A stretch of DNA of 63,991 nt, filler included, from Octopus bimaculoides (taxonomy: Eukaryota): the NCBI RefSeq assembly GCF_001194135.2. It is 4 parts of 4 records of this genome, joined end to end, with 100 filler letters (N's around TTAATTAATTAA, not from the genome) between each part and the next. Parts side by side here need not be neighbours in the genome. Positions count along the whole stretch, not along the records: positions 1 to 23,958 come from NC_068981.1; positions 24,059 to 50,579 come from NC_068991.1; 2 more parts are not named here. One strand, written 5' to 3'. Both the position numbers and the translations under genes were made by a program. The notes beneath the pieces were generated by a model. The model saw nothing but the letters and a program-made list of their open reading frames with translations, was not told where the DNA came from and made no database searches. Shown here piece by piece: positions 12,361-26,204 of this stretch; within the stretch, counting starts at the first letter, position 1, and each line of letters starts with the position of its first letter.

Positions 12361-14052
12361 NNNNNNNNNNGTACAGAGTATGCTAAAGAAAATCTAAAGC
12401 CAAATGCAAAATCAACTGAAAAAATACAGAAAAACGAACACCTCTTCGTCCAGTGGGGTACCATAAAACTGCTCTCATTCTCCAACCCCTTAAAATTTGC
12501 TTGTAATTATTCAATATATCGATGTGAAATTTCATATGCCAGTTAATATTTTTTTTTTATCATAATTTAATAATTTTTATTAGCCTTGTAGTTGCTCTTC
12601 TTACATAGAATACAGAATTTTCAGTTGAAGCTGAAATTTTTTACCCAGGGGTTCAAATTAGCTTTTAGTTTTTTGAAGGATCTGAAAAATTTGTTAAAGA
12701 GATGACAATCTTTTTATGTAAAGACAAATTTCAACGAAGAACAGACATTTTTTAGGAGACATAAAAAAATTTTATGAGGATTAAAAAATTTTTATAGGAA
12801 CCGGAAGAATTTTAATTTAAATCTTAAATTTATATAAAGAAATAATATATTGATGTTGGTCGTGGGAATAAAATTATTGACATGTTTGAACGTAAATGTT
12901 TTATACTAATTTTATGCAGAAGTTTTACTGTTTTTATAAAGTTAAGTATTCAATTTAAATCGATATCATGTGAGATACTTTTGCATGATTTTTCTTGCGT
13001 AAATGTATCTTCTATTTTTTGTTGCATTATTTACATTATTACTTTGTAAAAACTTATGATTTAATATATAAGTAAATTCGGTCTGAGTAAAGTTTGATTT
13101 AATTTTAAACCCGCAAAATTACTGGTAATCAATCTATGTTAAATAATTAAAAGATTTCAGATGCTGTCTTCTTTAATAATGTAAAACAGTCACGTGTGTA
13201 TATCTGCAGTCATACGTATGCGTCCGCTCAAAAACTCGACATTTGGTCACCGCAACCCATAATTAGAATTTGAAAATCAGACAAAGCTTTATAATTTTTT
13301 AATTCTGTTTTCAACCATAGCTCCAAGAAAGGAAAGCCTGTGGACTTGGAAACTTCCTATACGCTTTCAAAGAAAAAAGTCAAAAAGAGTCAGTAAAGCA
13401 GAACAGAGCAGAGACAGGCTTGATGCTATAAATGAAAGTAACCGAAATCGTAGAGCAAGCCGATATGAAGAACTGCGGAGAAACAGCGAGCATACCGCAA
13501 AAAAAGCTGACTGAAAGTGAAAACGAAAACACAAAAATTGAAGAAGCAACTATAGCTGGATTGTGTGAAACTAATGATAAATGGCCTAAATGACACTGAC
13601 AACGGAATCAAATCAGCGTGAGTCTGAGAGACAAATCTTTAATACACGAAGGTTTATGGAGCTAGCTGAACGTAGAAATAAAAGGGTAAATTTAATGAGG
13701 GATACTACTCGATTGTACTCGATCAATGTAAGACTCAGAAGAAAGGCAGCTAAAGTTGGAAAAAAATACGGAGTGGGATAGACAAATACGCGGACAATCT
13801 ATCCCGGACACTATAAAAATAACAATTTTGCCAAAACTCTAAATTAGCACGAAATGCCAGAATACTACATTTGCGAGGCAAATACCAAAATATTGAACAG
13901 ACGAACTGGGAGAATTGAGTGAACTTGAAATGAATTTGTGTTCAAGAGACCTGCAATTGATTGTATCTACAATATTAGTCGTTTGGTTATACATTTTTTT
14001 ATTATTTATCAAGTAATGGAACGCAACACACACCGAATTTCTATATACTATT

Positions 14053-14091
<39 letters not shown>

Positions 14092-14169
14092 AGAGAGAGG
14101 GGGAGGGAGGTATAGGGGTGGATACTTAATTTGTAATGAAATAACACTGCATGAAATTTTAAATGTGGT

Positions 14170-14370
14170 ATTCTATCTGGAAGGTTTCCGAAGAATACAA
14201 AAATCTTGATGTGATTATTGATACTAATCTAAAATTCTAAGAATGTGCTATAGCTGAAGTTAAAATGCCAATAGTATTGTTCGGATAATAAAATCACATT
14301 TCCGCCAGAGTTTCGAGAGGAAGAATGCTGTCACAACCATTAGTTTGTCACTCTTAAAAGCAAATGTATG
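14170..14370 (+). mobile_element. CR1-like LINE RT remnant
   Basis: EEYKNLDVIIDTNLKF*EC resembles the CR1 motif EKDLGVxxDxxLxF. Confidence 0.5.
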
Positions 14371-15619
14371 AGATTAGTTCTGTTTCGCTAAGTCCCATTC
14401 ATGAATGTGATGAGATAAAAATAAGAAATACCATAAATTCAATTTAAATTTAAATTTCGTAAGAGGGGGTGGGGCGAAAACATACACACACACACACACA
14501 AATCTTTGTGAAGGTTTTAACTGATAGAACATCAAATATTGTTATATGTTATGGAGAAAATTCCAACGTCATAAATTGTTGGAAAGGAAAAACCCGTATA
14601 AAAGTTCCTCTTATTAATAGTGACAATACACTCTATCAAATGCAGCTTTTAATTTTAATAATATAGTGAATATTGAATAGAAAAAATGTGCAACATCAAA
14701 AATACACAACCTAAACATCCTCCCCCCCCCCCCCCCCNNNNNNNNNNNNNNNNNCCGCTATTATAAAACGATTGACAAATGCTAATCTATATACTGTTAA
14801 AATTGAGAATACGCTTATCTGAATGTATACACGAAGAGGTTAGCAACATTTTGCAAATCTTTGGACCAAATATCCTTTTCACTATACCTTTGAGCCTTGA
14901 AACGCACGGTCCTGAAAAAAATGTTATTTATTTTATTAATAAATCGGAGAAGCAATGTCCGTGCATACATTGAAGAAAGAGACAATTCAAACAGCTTTCT
15001 GAGAAATTGAGAATGAATGGGTTAAAACGTCACTAGGAATAATATAGAAAGGGGAGTAAATTTAACAAAAGAGATTATTAATAAAAAGGGAAACAAAAGA
15101 AGTTGAAAACAAAAGGAAAACAGAAGAAATGGGAGAGAGTGAGGAAATATGAAAAAAAAAATATAAGAGTTTTGTATAAGACAGATATTTCCACAGAAGA
15201 TAAGCGAAGAGAGAAGCGATCAACCCTGCTCGATTTTTGTGTACATGTATGGTGTTCTTTCCCTCTGCCACATAAATTTTATCTGCACTCTATCTTTAGG
15301 GAGTAGTTACCGAATGTGTGTTTCTTATACTCACAGACAAATATATCCTACTGCCGCTCACAAACACACGCTTAGACCTCACACCACCATGCACATATAT
15401 TTATGTATATGTATGTACATATACATATATTTGTGTCTATAATTTTCTGACTTCGCGTAGCACTCTGTTTATCAGTGTGTATATCTATATGATGTTTCTT
15501 TTTAAAATTATCTGTTTTCTTTTTTCTATGGGGAAGAAATCGATTTCTAACAAACAAACAAACAAGGATCCATTGCTGGATAACAAAAACGAGAAGGAAG
15601 CGTTACATGTTACAATTTA

Positions 15620-16630
15620 GAAAAGAGGTGCATATTTTTACTGTTCCACATACAGATTACATTTCTAAAGTGTGTGTTAGCTGGTCAGTTCTATGCCTGA
15701 AAATCTGTACTTTTCGAGATCGTCACCTAAACATTCATTAGCGTAACCAAATGCAACAATAAATGTTGGTCATAATATGAATTTATCATTAAGGTAGAAA
15801 AAATTCCGATTTCGAAGTAGTTGTCCATAAAGTTCTCTTTCAAACCCATTTTAGAATAAATGTTCACATTTGAATATGTAAAATCGTATGACTCATTACA
15901 GTAGATGTACTTTTATCTCAAACAACTTTATCAAGCTTTATGCATTCACCTTGAGGATGCTTGGATTTGAATGTTCCGCCAATATTTCTTGTGTTAAGAA
16001 TGTACTTAATAACGTCGTCCTTGTCTGTATTTATCGCAGGACAGTCTTTCCTATGAATGACATTGTATCGTGTTTTTAAACCATCATGCCATAGCAGGAC
16101 GTAGTACCTTGATATTGTGGGGTAGCTATTGATCACATGTGTATTATTTCTTAAACAGTGACATAATTGACATTTCTCGGTGCAGTTTGGGTTATTTAAG
16201 AACGCCACGGTTTCATTTGATCTGTTAGGGCTTTCCTAGTTATCTTCTGCTCATGGATTGTAAAAGCAAAAGCTTTGAGATGTGACATGATGTAACGGTC
16301 ATTTCATGTTAATATTATCATGGTCTTTCAGTTAACTGGAAATACACTTATGTTAAACCTACTTGTGATAAGCAGAGCGTTTCCGTTCGTGGTCTTTGTT
16401 AAGGTGAGATATTCTTGCATGGGAGTTCATCGGGAAGTGATACTTTCTGCGAGAATAATGTTCCTGTAAGACATTATTCTCACAGTATGGCACATCTTTA
16501 GTATGTTATAATATTCCATAGTCACGGTATCTTTCTTCATAGTACTTTTGGTGTATTTTCAGCAATACCTAGGTCTTTATAGAGCTCATACTCTGGAACA
16601 CAGGTGATTGAGAAATCACTGATGCGAAGG
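15620..16630 (-). mobile_element. R4/Dong-like RLE LINE, 3' portion
   Basis: ISDFSITCVPEYELYKDLGIAEN is homologous to the 9.3-kb fragment. Degenerate CCHC (KCQLCH...THVINS), ELYGQLLRN, and a 3' end shared with the 17.0-kb copy. Confidence 0.7.
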
Positions 16631-17019
16631 TTTTTTTTTTTAAATTTCTTCTGCGTGTGTCTGTTTGAGAATTTTTTTCCCGTTAATCAGTAAGTTAATG
16701 AATATTTCTTTTGACTAAATTTCATTTCTACATTAGCAGAAGCTGTTGTTACGGAATCCAGCTGTTTCTCCAAATTGTATATATTTCGAATATAGATCTT
16801 TAAATCGCCGATAAATGAATTAGTGGACACCATTAATGTCTTATGCTGTTAAAAACCCTTGCACATAATAAGTGGTTTTTGTATGTATGTGTGTGTGTAT
16901 GTATCTTCTCTATTTTTTTAGATTATTATAGATCTTTCACTGAGGAGGGAGCCGTGTCCAACAAAGTCTCAATTTTTGGGATGTAGTTAACACAGACAAA
17001 TCCACATTTGGAACTTGAG

Positions 17020-17790
17020 AAAAGTCTTGCATATTTTTACTGTTCCACTCACAGATTGCACCTGTAATGTACGAATTAGCCGGTCGACTTCTCTTTCTGA
17101 AAATCCCAGTTTATCAAGATTCTCCTTTAAGCATTTACTAACAAAATCTAGTGCTCCAATTATTATTGGTATGAATATGAATTCATAGTCTGGATATAGA
17201 AGCTGGAGGTTTCAAAGAAGTTATCCATAGATATCCTCTTTTTCTTTGATTTTAAAGAGATATTTATATCTGCAGGGTAGCTAACCTCTATGATGGTACG
17301 TTCCTTTGCCCGTCAGCCCCAAACAACAATATCCGGCCTGTTATGCTTATATTTGACAGAGATTTTGATGGGAATATCCACCAGTATTCCTTGAGTTTAT
17401 TTCAGGGCAGTCTTTTTTGCTGATGGTATAGTAAATTGTTTTTTAGCAGCCATATCGTGCCGCAGAGGGAGATAGTACTGTGACGACATTTTAGGACAGC
17501 TGCTAATCACATGCGTAATGTCTTCGACAGAAACATGACATAGCTTGCACTTACCGTTGCACCTTGGGATTACAAGAGTGTCACTGTCTCTGTTGTTCAC
17601 CAGGTACTTTGTGACAATCTCCTGTTCCTGGATTGCAAACACGTATTTTTCAAAGTGTGATGTAGTGGTCTTGTGCCTACTGTCCTCTACAAGCTCTCGG
17701 GCAACATACACATGCATTGTCTTTTCTAGAATGCTGAGTGCTTTCCATCAAGGTTTTCTTCGAGGTAAGAGAGCCCAGCTGTTTTGGGAC
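17020..17790 (-). mobile_element. R4/Dong-like RLE LINE, 3' portion (CCHC and PD-(D/E)xK endonuclease)
   Basis: KCKLCHVSVEDITHVISSCPK...YYLPLRHD, then KHNRPDIVVW...IIEVSYPAD...IPIIIGAL. Confidence 0.85.
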
Positions 17791-18627
17791 TGTATAAGAG
17801 ATCATCAGGAATTGAGTATGTATGTATTATGTGATAGTTGTGTGGTTTACATACACTCACATCATATGAAGTGCTCACACAGTGACAAATACAAACACAG
17901 ACACACGAACTTACAAACATTAATACACATGTATGCGAATGCAGATCCACAGAAGTACAAACACAAAGCATTGACTCTTACCAGAAGCAATCATAGAAAC
18001 ATAAATATACTAATACACACATGAGTTGCAGCGATGACTTGTGGAATGCCGAGTTACGCATTCCATTAATTTATTTCAAATTACATCTATTTGAATTAAG
18101 TTTAAATTTAAAAGTTTATTTTTATGTATGTATCTCCTGAATTTTGTAACAAGTCGTGTTGAAAAGTAACTTTCTTTTATGCACGTTTTTAATCGAATAA
18201 TTTGACAAGTTCTTTCACTTTCTTATGCAAAAACGTATGCGTAAAGGCACTAAAATACGTATATAAATGCATAAACACGCGTATAATCACCTCTACAGAC
18301 ACATACTTCAAGAAGTAGAAACGCGTGCATACATATTGTCAGACAAGTTGTCGCGGTAGTAGCGACTATTAACATTTCTGCAGAGACTGGAGCCGTGAAA
18401 TTGGAAATATTATTAACACGTAACATAACTGAATTTCAGTCATTTTCTCTAGAAGCATGTAGACAATCAGTTTGCTGAACTCTTATCAAAATTAGTTGAA
18501 AAATGAGGAACATTTTTGAGGTGTTATTGCGTATATGTACGTATGTATGTATGTATGTATCTCTCCCTCTCTCAATGTATATATATATATAATCATATAT
18601 AAAAATTACATATAAATTAAGCTATAT

Positions 18628-18755
18628 TTTCAGTCATTTAGACTGCGGCCGGCCATGCTGGGGCACCGCTTTGAAGAATTTTAATCGATCGCACCGACCA
18701 GTACTTATTCTTTTTTTGAAGCCTATCGGGTGCTTTTCCCGAACCGCTAAGTTTA
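18628..18755 (-). mobile_element. SINE B 3' fragment
   Basis: tttcagtcatttagactgcggcc...catgctggggcaccgc. Confidence 0.8.
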
Positions 18756-18757
18756 TT

Positions 18758-18799
<42 letters not shown>

Positions 18800-18815
18800 T
18801 ATGTCATATAAAGAT

Positions 18816-18859
<44 letters not shown>

Positions 18860-19754
18860 TTCTGCAATGTTTGTGTTTTATTTCCTTTTAGAGAAGTGGT
18901 TACTGAAACGCTAGAAAACTTTTAAGAAGTGAGAAAAAAAATGAAACAAAAACACCTGTATCTGTGTTAGAAACTATATAATGATTGAGTTCGAGCTAAA
19001 TTTATGAAGCAGAATTGTCATGTTTCATTCAAGAAACACATCGCCAACTGCGAACTATATTTTTCAGACAACGCCGGGTACCCTAGTGTTCTCAATTGTT
19101 TGTGCAAAAATTATCCATAAAGAACTTTTGTAGCTGCTGTACGCGCTTTGTTAGTGGATTTTATTTTAACTGCAATTGAGAATGCCATCAGCTTCAATAC
19201 AGATAGTAATCTTTTTTCCTTAGTTGAAAGGATTGTGTTGCAGGTGGTCAACCTTCCTTTGTATCCCCTTCATAACGTTTAACTATGAAATTATTCTAAA
19301 TAATGTTGTATCTCTTTACATTCACGCTTGCATGTATCTCTTTCAATATTACTATCATGGTGCACTGACGTGGATGCTTCTTCTTGTCCATCGATTTGCA
19401 TGAAATAGCATGCATATTTTACTCAATTTCGCTTTGTTTTTTTTTGTTTTTTTTAATAGGAGAAATGCTACGTGAGATTATATACCGTGTTTAATAACAT
19501 GTTAAATGCATCGCGATTTCAGCAGCGCATATTCAAGGAGGAGAGTTTCGAGGGTATTAAAGCTTATGGAAGGCTCAACGTCGCATATATGACCCCGAGT
19601 GATTTTTTGGAGACATTTTCTGTGAAAAAGTGTGTCGTATATACCATCAGATGCATTAGTTCTACATACTCCCAAAAAAAGAGATGGTTATTGGTGAATG
19701 TTTTTCTTCTTATATGTCTGATTAATCAGGGTTGACCTGGGAGTAAACAACATC

Positions 19755-20130
19755 ATCCTAATAAATATCGATTTCGATATTTTGGCACAAGGCCAGCAAT
19801 TTTGTCGGAGGGCTTAAATCGAGAACATCGATCCCAGTGCTCACCAGGAACTTATTTTATCCACTCCGAAAAGATGAAATGAAAAAGTCGACCTTAGCGG
19901 AATTTGCACTCAGAATGTAAGGGCAGACGAAATGTTGCGAAGCTTTTTGCCCGGCGTGCTTCGACTCTGCCAACATGTCGTCTTAACAAGCAAATAAATA
20001 TTGATTTCAAATTTCTGCACAAGGCCAGTAATTTCGGAGGCGGAGGTAAGTCGATTACATCGACTCCAGTACTCAACTGGTATTTATTTTATCGACTCTG
20101 AAAAGATAAACGCAAAGTCGACCTCGGTTG
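19755..20130 (-). mobile_element. Two tandem SINE A-like copies (full 19755-19985, partial 20000-20130)
   Basis: Reverse complement of the A consensus (gcacaaggcc...gtcgacc...gaatttgcactcagaa). Confidence 0.8.
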
Positions 20131-20539
20131 GAAAACATCCAAATAAATATTGACCGTTAGCGGTAGAATTAAAATATAGCATTTTTTTTCTGTCCGAGGA
20201 GAAATAGTTTTACTTGTTTCAAACAGTAATTATTTACAAGTCGTAGTACATTTGTGGGGCGATTGAAAGAACTCTTATAAAGGAGCTGAAACTAATGCTT
20301 TAAATATTGCTGCTAAATGACATTTTTTTCTCTCGCATTCTTGAAATTTCAAAAATAAAATTCTTAGTAATTTCCACAGGAAACGTAGAGTATCTAGGTA
20401 ACCAGTTACACACCAGAACAATATAAAGCATTAAGTCATGTCTTCAACCGTCGCTATATTATTGTTTTTCTGCTTATTTTTGTATAAAATGTGTTGATAT
20501 TTTTGCTCTTTATACAAACGTTTTTCGACTGCTTTTTAA

Positions 20540-21020
20540 TATTAATTATAAGCTTCCGGCACAGATTTCAGTAGAAGTTGGAGCATACTTTCTTAAGGTG
20601 TCATTTATAACCCTCATTCTCATTATGCTGTGATCATACATTAAGAATGTCCCTTCCTTCATCGTCCCAACAAAATAGTCAGGAGATAGTGCTTCTAATA
20701 TATTTCCTATTGATTCCTGAATCTTCATTAAAGGCAACCAGCTTCTCTTCCAATTACATTTGCATAATTGATTCGGAGATTTGCTTGTTTCAAGCATTTT
20801 TGTTTGTCTTTACGTGACTTATTTTATTATTCGTTTCTCTCTGTATTTGAATTGTAATCCTGCTCTGTATTCTGACCTATTTTCAGCAATTGCATACCAA
20901 AGTTACAATTTTCACCATTTGCCAGTTATAGGAAGTAATACGCGCTGGATGTTAGATATAGGCTGCTATATTGTAGAAGACATAACCCATCTATTTCTCT
21001 TTTACACCAATTAGTGATTC
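20540..21020 (-). mobile_element. Possible N-terminal remnant of an R4-like LINE ORF
   Basis: Decayed K/R-rich coding-like frames with only weak resemblance. Confidence 0.3.
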
Positions 21021-21289
21021 ACTCCATGATTGAGTTCAACAGGAATAGACACTAACTTTAGATTTTGACACTTTTTTGTCTTTTCATGCACGCACTCTCC
21101 AGTCTGCTTTCCATATCTATTTTAACATCTGATCTAACTTTAAAATCATAACGTGCCTATATACACCTTCCCGTTGATTTACGCCTACACAATGAAATTA
21201 TTGACATTAATTTGAAAATATGTCTGTACCATGCTACACGCTCAAAATGCTATTCAGGTTTGGTGCTCTGGTATATCAGTTGCTATCTG

Positions 21290-21880
21290 ATGAGGCACAG
21301 CAATGTAGTTAGGAAGTTCGCAACTATGAGATTTCGAATTCGGTTCCATTGCGCGGCACTTTGGGCAAGTGTCTTTTATTACAGCCTCAGGCCAATGACA
21401 GAAAGGTGGTGAGCTGGCAGAAACGTTAGCGCGCTGGGCAAAATGCTTAGTTCTGAGTTCAAATTCCACCGAGGTCAACTTAACCTTTCATCCTTTTGGG
21501 ATCGATTAAATAAGTACTAGTTACGCACTAGGGTCGTTGTAATCGACTTAACCCCTTTGTCTGTCCTTGCTTGTCCCCTCTGTTCAGCCCCTTGTGGGCA
21601 GTAAAGAAATAAGAAACTGTGTGTTTGTGTATGTGTGTGTGTGTGTATGTGTGTGTGTGTGTGTGTGCTACCTGATACCTCTCCGATTAACAACCGGTAC
21701 TGGTTTGTTGAAGTCTCTGTATCTTAGCGATTCTTCAAAATGATCTGATAGAATAAATACCATACCAAAATCTTAAAAACCATAAGTACAGAGATCGATT
21801 TGTTCGACTAAAATCTTTAACGGCGGTGCCCCAGCATGACCGCGTTTCAATGACCGAAAGAAGTAAAATACGAAAAATAA
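21290..21880 (+). mobile_element. SINE B with SINE A (about 21403-21612) nested
   Basis: B body interrupted after gcctcaggccaatgacagaaa and resumes at agaaactgtgtg. Confidence 0.85.
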
Positions 21881-23958
21881 ATGTCCTCCAGCTAAAATTA
21901 ATAATGAAATAACATTTAGATTATTGCAGGTACAAAGAATGATTTAAAATCACCCTTGGATCAGTGACGCAGTTAAGTACATTGCACCCTGAAATTTATA
22001 TGTATTGCAGTCTAAGAACTGTGAATGTATTTATTACTTTGACTATGAAGGAGAAAACTTACTAATCCTGATCTCAAACATGAATATAAACAAACTGACT
22101 ATTCTAGTAAAAATCCGATTATCAATATAACTGAGATAAAATTCACAGAAATTACATGGAAAGTAGAAAAGGTGGTACTTTAAAGTCGCAGTGACTCCCA
22201 TAGTAATGCCATTTCTTTGTAATATTATTGTATATTATCATGTGATGTTAGAATCATACTAGCCTATGCTTTACTTTCACGGGGTTGAATTATTTGTTGC
22301 ACGACTGAAATTTTGCCAACCAGTCACTTTTCCTTCCTTTCTTTCTTTCTTTGTACCATAATTTGGAAGATATCGAGATCAGTTTGAAGTAAGACATGAT
22401 AAAACTATATTTTTCACTGGGGCGCGAGTTAGTTGTGTTTGGACAGACGCTAACCAGGTAGGGTTGACGTTGTACAGATTCAAGCAATAATTTCCGCCCA
22501 AAGCGAGAACGCACCATCAAATAGAAAGTTTATTTAGTTGTTGCTAGTACACTGGACAGTCAACGATGTCGTTTGAAATTTCTCATTCTATCAACTTCAT
22601 CTACAACATGGAAAGTAACCAGCTCGCTTTCTCTGTTATTATGTTCGCAGTGTTGACAAGTTATCCTGAGCAACGTTGACTCTTCGTAACCGATTCTTCA
22701 CTTGACATTCAAGTTGTTGCTGCAATGAGTTTATTTATAGCAATTTATCCGGCTTCCGCAATTTGGTCTCTCAGCAGTACTAGCGTCTATACTATGCAAC
22801 TTATATCCGGCTTCATCTTCAAGGCAGTTGAATGCGTGTAAATATGTAGTAAGTGAAACCAAATCAATTCACATCGTCCACTATATTCTCGTCAGATTGA
22901 GGTCTAAATTTTTAATATTTGTACACAGTAAAAATCCCTTTTGCACACAATTGTTCAGCGTTCTAAAAGACCATAAACAAAATTATGTTATTAGAACAAA
23001 ACAAAAATATTGCCTTCTGATTCTTTTTACAAACAGTTGAATTTCTTCATTATGACATTACTGAATGAAACCCATGTTTGTACAAATTGAATTTGTAATA
23101 GTTATCTGAACGTATATCCTGGCAATATTCATATTCGGATTTATCAAGTGTTTAATACCTTTCTGTACCGCATCTAATTACTGACTCACGTATTTTTGCT
23201 AAAAGTTTATTGTAAGGAGTTGTAAGAAACGTGCTAATTGGAAGTTGCAAATAGAAGCAAAGGACCATTTCCAAATTCTTTTAGAACAGTTACAGAGAAC
23301 GAAGCCTGTGTATGGGACATTCTCTATATGTTTTCTAGTTTGACTAGATGGGTATTTTCATATCTAAGTTGTAGAATATATTACGATCACATTTTATTTA
23401 TCGGATATGTCTTTGGTTGTAAACCAATTCTCTGGGTAATTTCAGTCTATATAGAATTCGAATTAGTTCTGTTCATATAGTTTCAAACTATATTTAAAAT
23501 GTAACATGTACAGACTTTAAATGCATCAATCGATTTGAATTAATCTAATCTTTTCCGAACAATGAAGAGCAAAGAATATTTGCTGTAGCCATTCATAACA
23601 ACACTAAATATGTCACATTAAAAATCATAAAATACAACTCTAAAGTGTTTCTTTTTTATTCTTATATTCTTTAGAGTATTTTCTTTTAAACACAAAGCGC
23701 TTTCATTGCACACGTTGCTATGGCGATTCGAACGTAAAGAAAGACAAGGGTTTGTTTACAAGGAAGATGCTGTAATATCGTCATTTGAAAGAAAGCCAAT
23801 TCTTCAAAGATGCTAAACACCACTTACATTTTAGTGAAATGAAATATTAGTTTATAACGATTACTTTCTCTCATCTTTTAATTTCCAAAATCTTATGTCG
23901 ATTATTGAAAGAAACACTACCGATTTAAAGTTTTAGTTTCTTATATATATATATATAT

Positions 23959-24058
23959 NNNNNNNNNNNNNNNNNNNNNNNNNNNNNNNNNNNNNNNNNN
24001 NNTTAATTAATTAANNNNNNNNNNNNNNNNNNNNNNNNNNNNNNNNNNNNNNNNNNNN
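23959..24058. other. Artificial scaffold spacer
   Basis: 44 N + TTAATTAATTAA + 44 N. Confidence 0.95.
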
Positions 24059-24066
24059 CTCTCTCT

Positions 24067-24106
<40 letters not shown>

Positions 24107-24303
24107 TTCACATTCATAGCATAGAAAAGACGCTATAACAATTTTAAGGCAGTCTATGATTCCACTTAGAGATTGGATTAACAGCAGACGGTAAAGTATA
24201 TTGGGCGATTGTAATACTATTTTCAAATGTCGGGAGGATAATAGTACAATAGCGTCTGTCTGTCTGCCTATCTGCCTTCCAGTCTATCTATCTCTCACTC
24301 TCC

Positions 24304-24343
<40 letters not shown>

Positions 24344-24365
24344 TTATATATATATATAGCCATAT

Positions 24366-24750
24366 ATAGCTTGCTTCCTAACCATGTGGTCTTGGGTTCA
24401 GTCCTACTGCGCGGCACATTGGTCAAGTGTTTTCTACTGTAGCCCCGTGCCGAGCAAAGGCTTGTGAATGAATTTGGTAGACGGAAAATTAAAAAAAGCC
24501 CGAAGCCCGTCGTACGTATGTATGTATGTATGTATGTATGTATGTATGTATGTGTGTGTGCTTGTATGTATGTGTGTGTTTGTGTTGTGCTTTCGTTTAT
24601 TTACGTCTCCGTAACTTAGTGGTTTGGTAAAACAGACCGATTGAATAAGTATTAAGCTATTAAAACAATAAGTATTGTCGTTGACTTGTTCGACTACACC
24701 CTTCAATGTGGTGCCCCAGCATGGCAACAGTTCAATAACTGAAACAATTA
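24366..24750 (+). mobile_element. SINE family B
   Basis: gcttgcttcctaaccatgtggtcttgggttcagtcc...gtggtgccccagcatggcaacag. Confidence 0.85.
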
Positions 24751-24949
24751 CACCACTGAGTTACCACCTCCATTCTTCACCCTGTAACAGAAAGGTATGT
24801 CTGCATTGAATTTCTGGTAGCTATCAAGTATCGTATTTTTTTGAAGCGTTCTAGTCATTGAGTCAGACTCTATGATGGCTGTAAACTGTTGGAAGCACAT
24901 GCCATAAAGCAAAGTCACCATCGTTTAACCAGTTCCGATGACTGTAATG

Positions 24950-25400
24950 GCTGCGCTGACTAAAACCCGGTTGTTCTGAAGAGCACACAAACAAATCATC
25001 TTTGATAAGCTTGTATGCAGTTTCAGTGTTGTGACTGACCTAAATCTGAAATGTCCTATCCCGGCACATCCTGACAAATACTATCCGCAAGCATAAATAA
25101 AGTTAGTAGCACAACGACATTCATACAACTTCCGATGAATTCAACTATCTTTTTCTCAGCAGGACTCTCAGGGTTAGTTTTGAGCCTACCAGCTTGTCGA
25201 CCAAGCGTTCGAATGCATGTTTCTTGTATTTGCAGTCTCTACAATAAATAAGGATGTAGTCTAACAATTGACATTGCTCGGATTGCAAATATTTCCTAAA
25301 AGGCTTTTTGTGCTTATCTCTAAGTTGCACATCATATCAATAATAGTGAGGTTAAATTCTATTGAAGGAAGATTACAGGAGTAAGTCATAACTGTTCATT
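24950..25400 (-). mobile_element. Degenerate Gypsy gag remnant
   Basis: QSEQCQLLDYILIYCRD...ERLVDKLVGSKLTL followed by zinc-knuckle-like CRCATN...GCAGIGHFRFRS. Confidence 0.45.
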
Positions 25401-26204
25401 TTCTCAACCCTGTGCGTACGAATGATTTTTAGAGATGTCAATCACAAACAGCAAAGACCAGACCTATTGGTGGTACTTCATACTTTAAAGTCAAATTCGC
25501 TATTTAGCAGTTATCTTAATAGATGGTGATCAAGCTAAAACAGTGCCCCAGCCAAATATATAAGTACAGAGTTGATCGCTTGATCAGACCTCAAAGTTAT
25601 TATGTTTGATACCGTATACAGATAAAAAAAAACATGTCTCTGTTGTGAGTTCCTATGCAAGTGAGAACAATGTGTCAGATTCTCACATGAGTGTTATTTT
25701 TATTTGCATCTTTTTTTGTCACCCTTGATCGAATGAAAACTTACCTTATAGACATTGTCCATCCAGAAGGAAAGTCAATCCGATTTAGGTTAGAGTATAG
25801 CACTGTCAACGTGATCATCTTTGATCAGTGTTAGATCCAAGAAAAGTCAGGGAACTCAGAAGGAACTTATACATGTTGTTTGTTAATCTAACTTAAGCCT
25901 GTGATTCCTCTTCCAGAAATACGTTTTGAATTTTACTCATCAAGCTAGTTATGCCGGATAAATTGGTTGGAATCATCTGATCCCTTTCATGACAGTACGA
26001 TAACTATTGTCTACTCAGGAGATGAACTTCTGGAAAAATTTCTGTCTCCAACTCGTGATATATTATCGGGTTGTATTTCTGTGCCTATTCTTTTCAGATT
26101 GTTTTCGGCTATGATTGAGGCTGCATTTGTAATCTGTAAGATGGTGGGGACGTCCAGTTCTGATTTAGCAGTAGTAGACGAAGATATTACATCCACCGCG
26201 TACA

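Noticed and set aside
24003-24014. TTAATTAATTAA palindrome (also 50624, 62240)
   Set aside because: Synthetic linker centred in fixed-length N runs.
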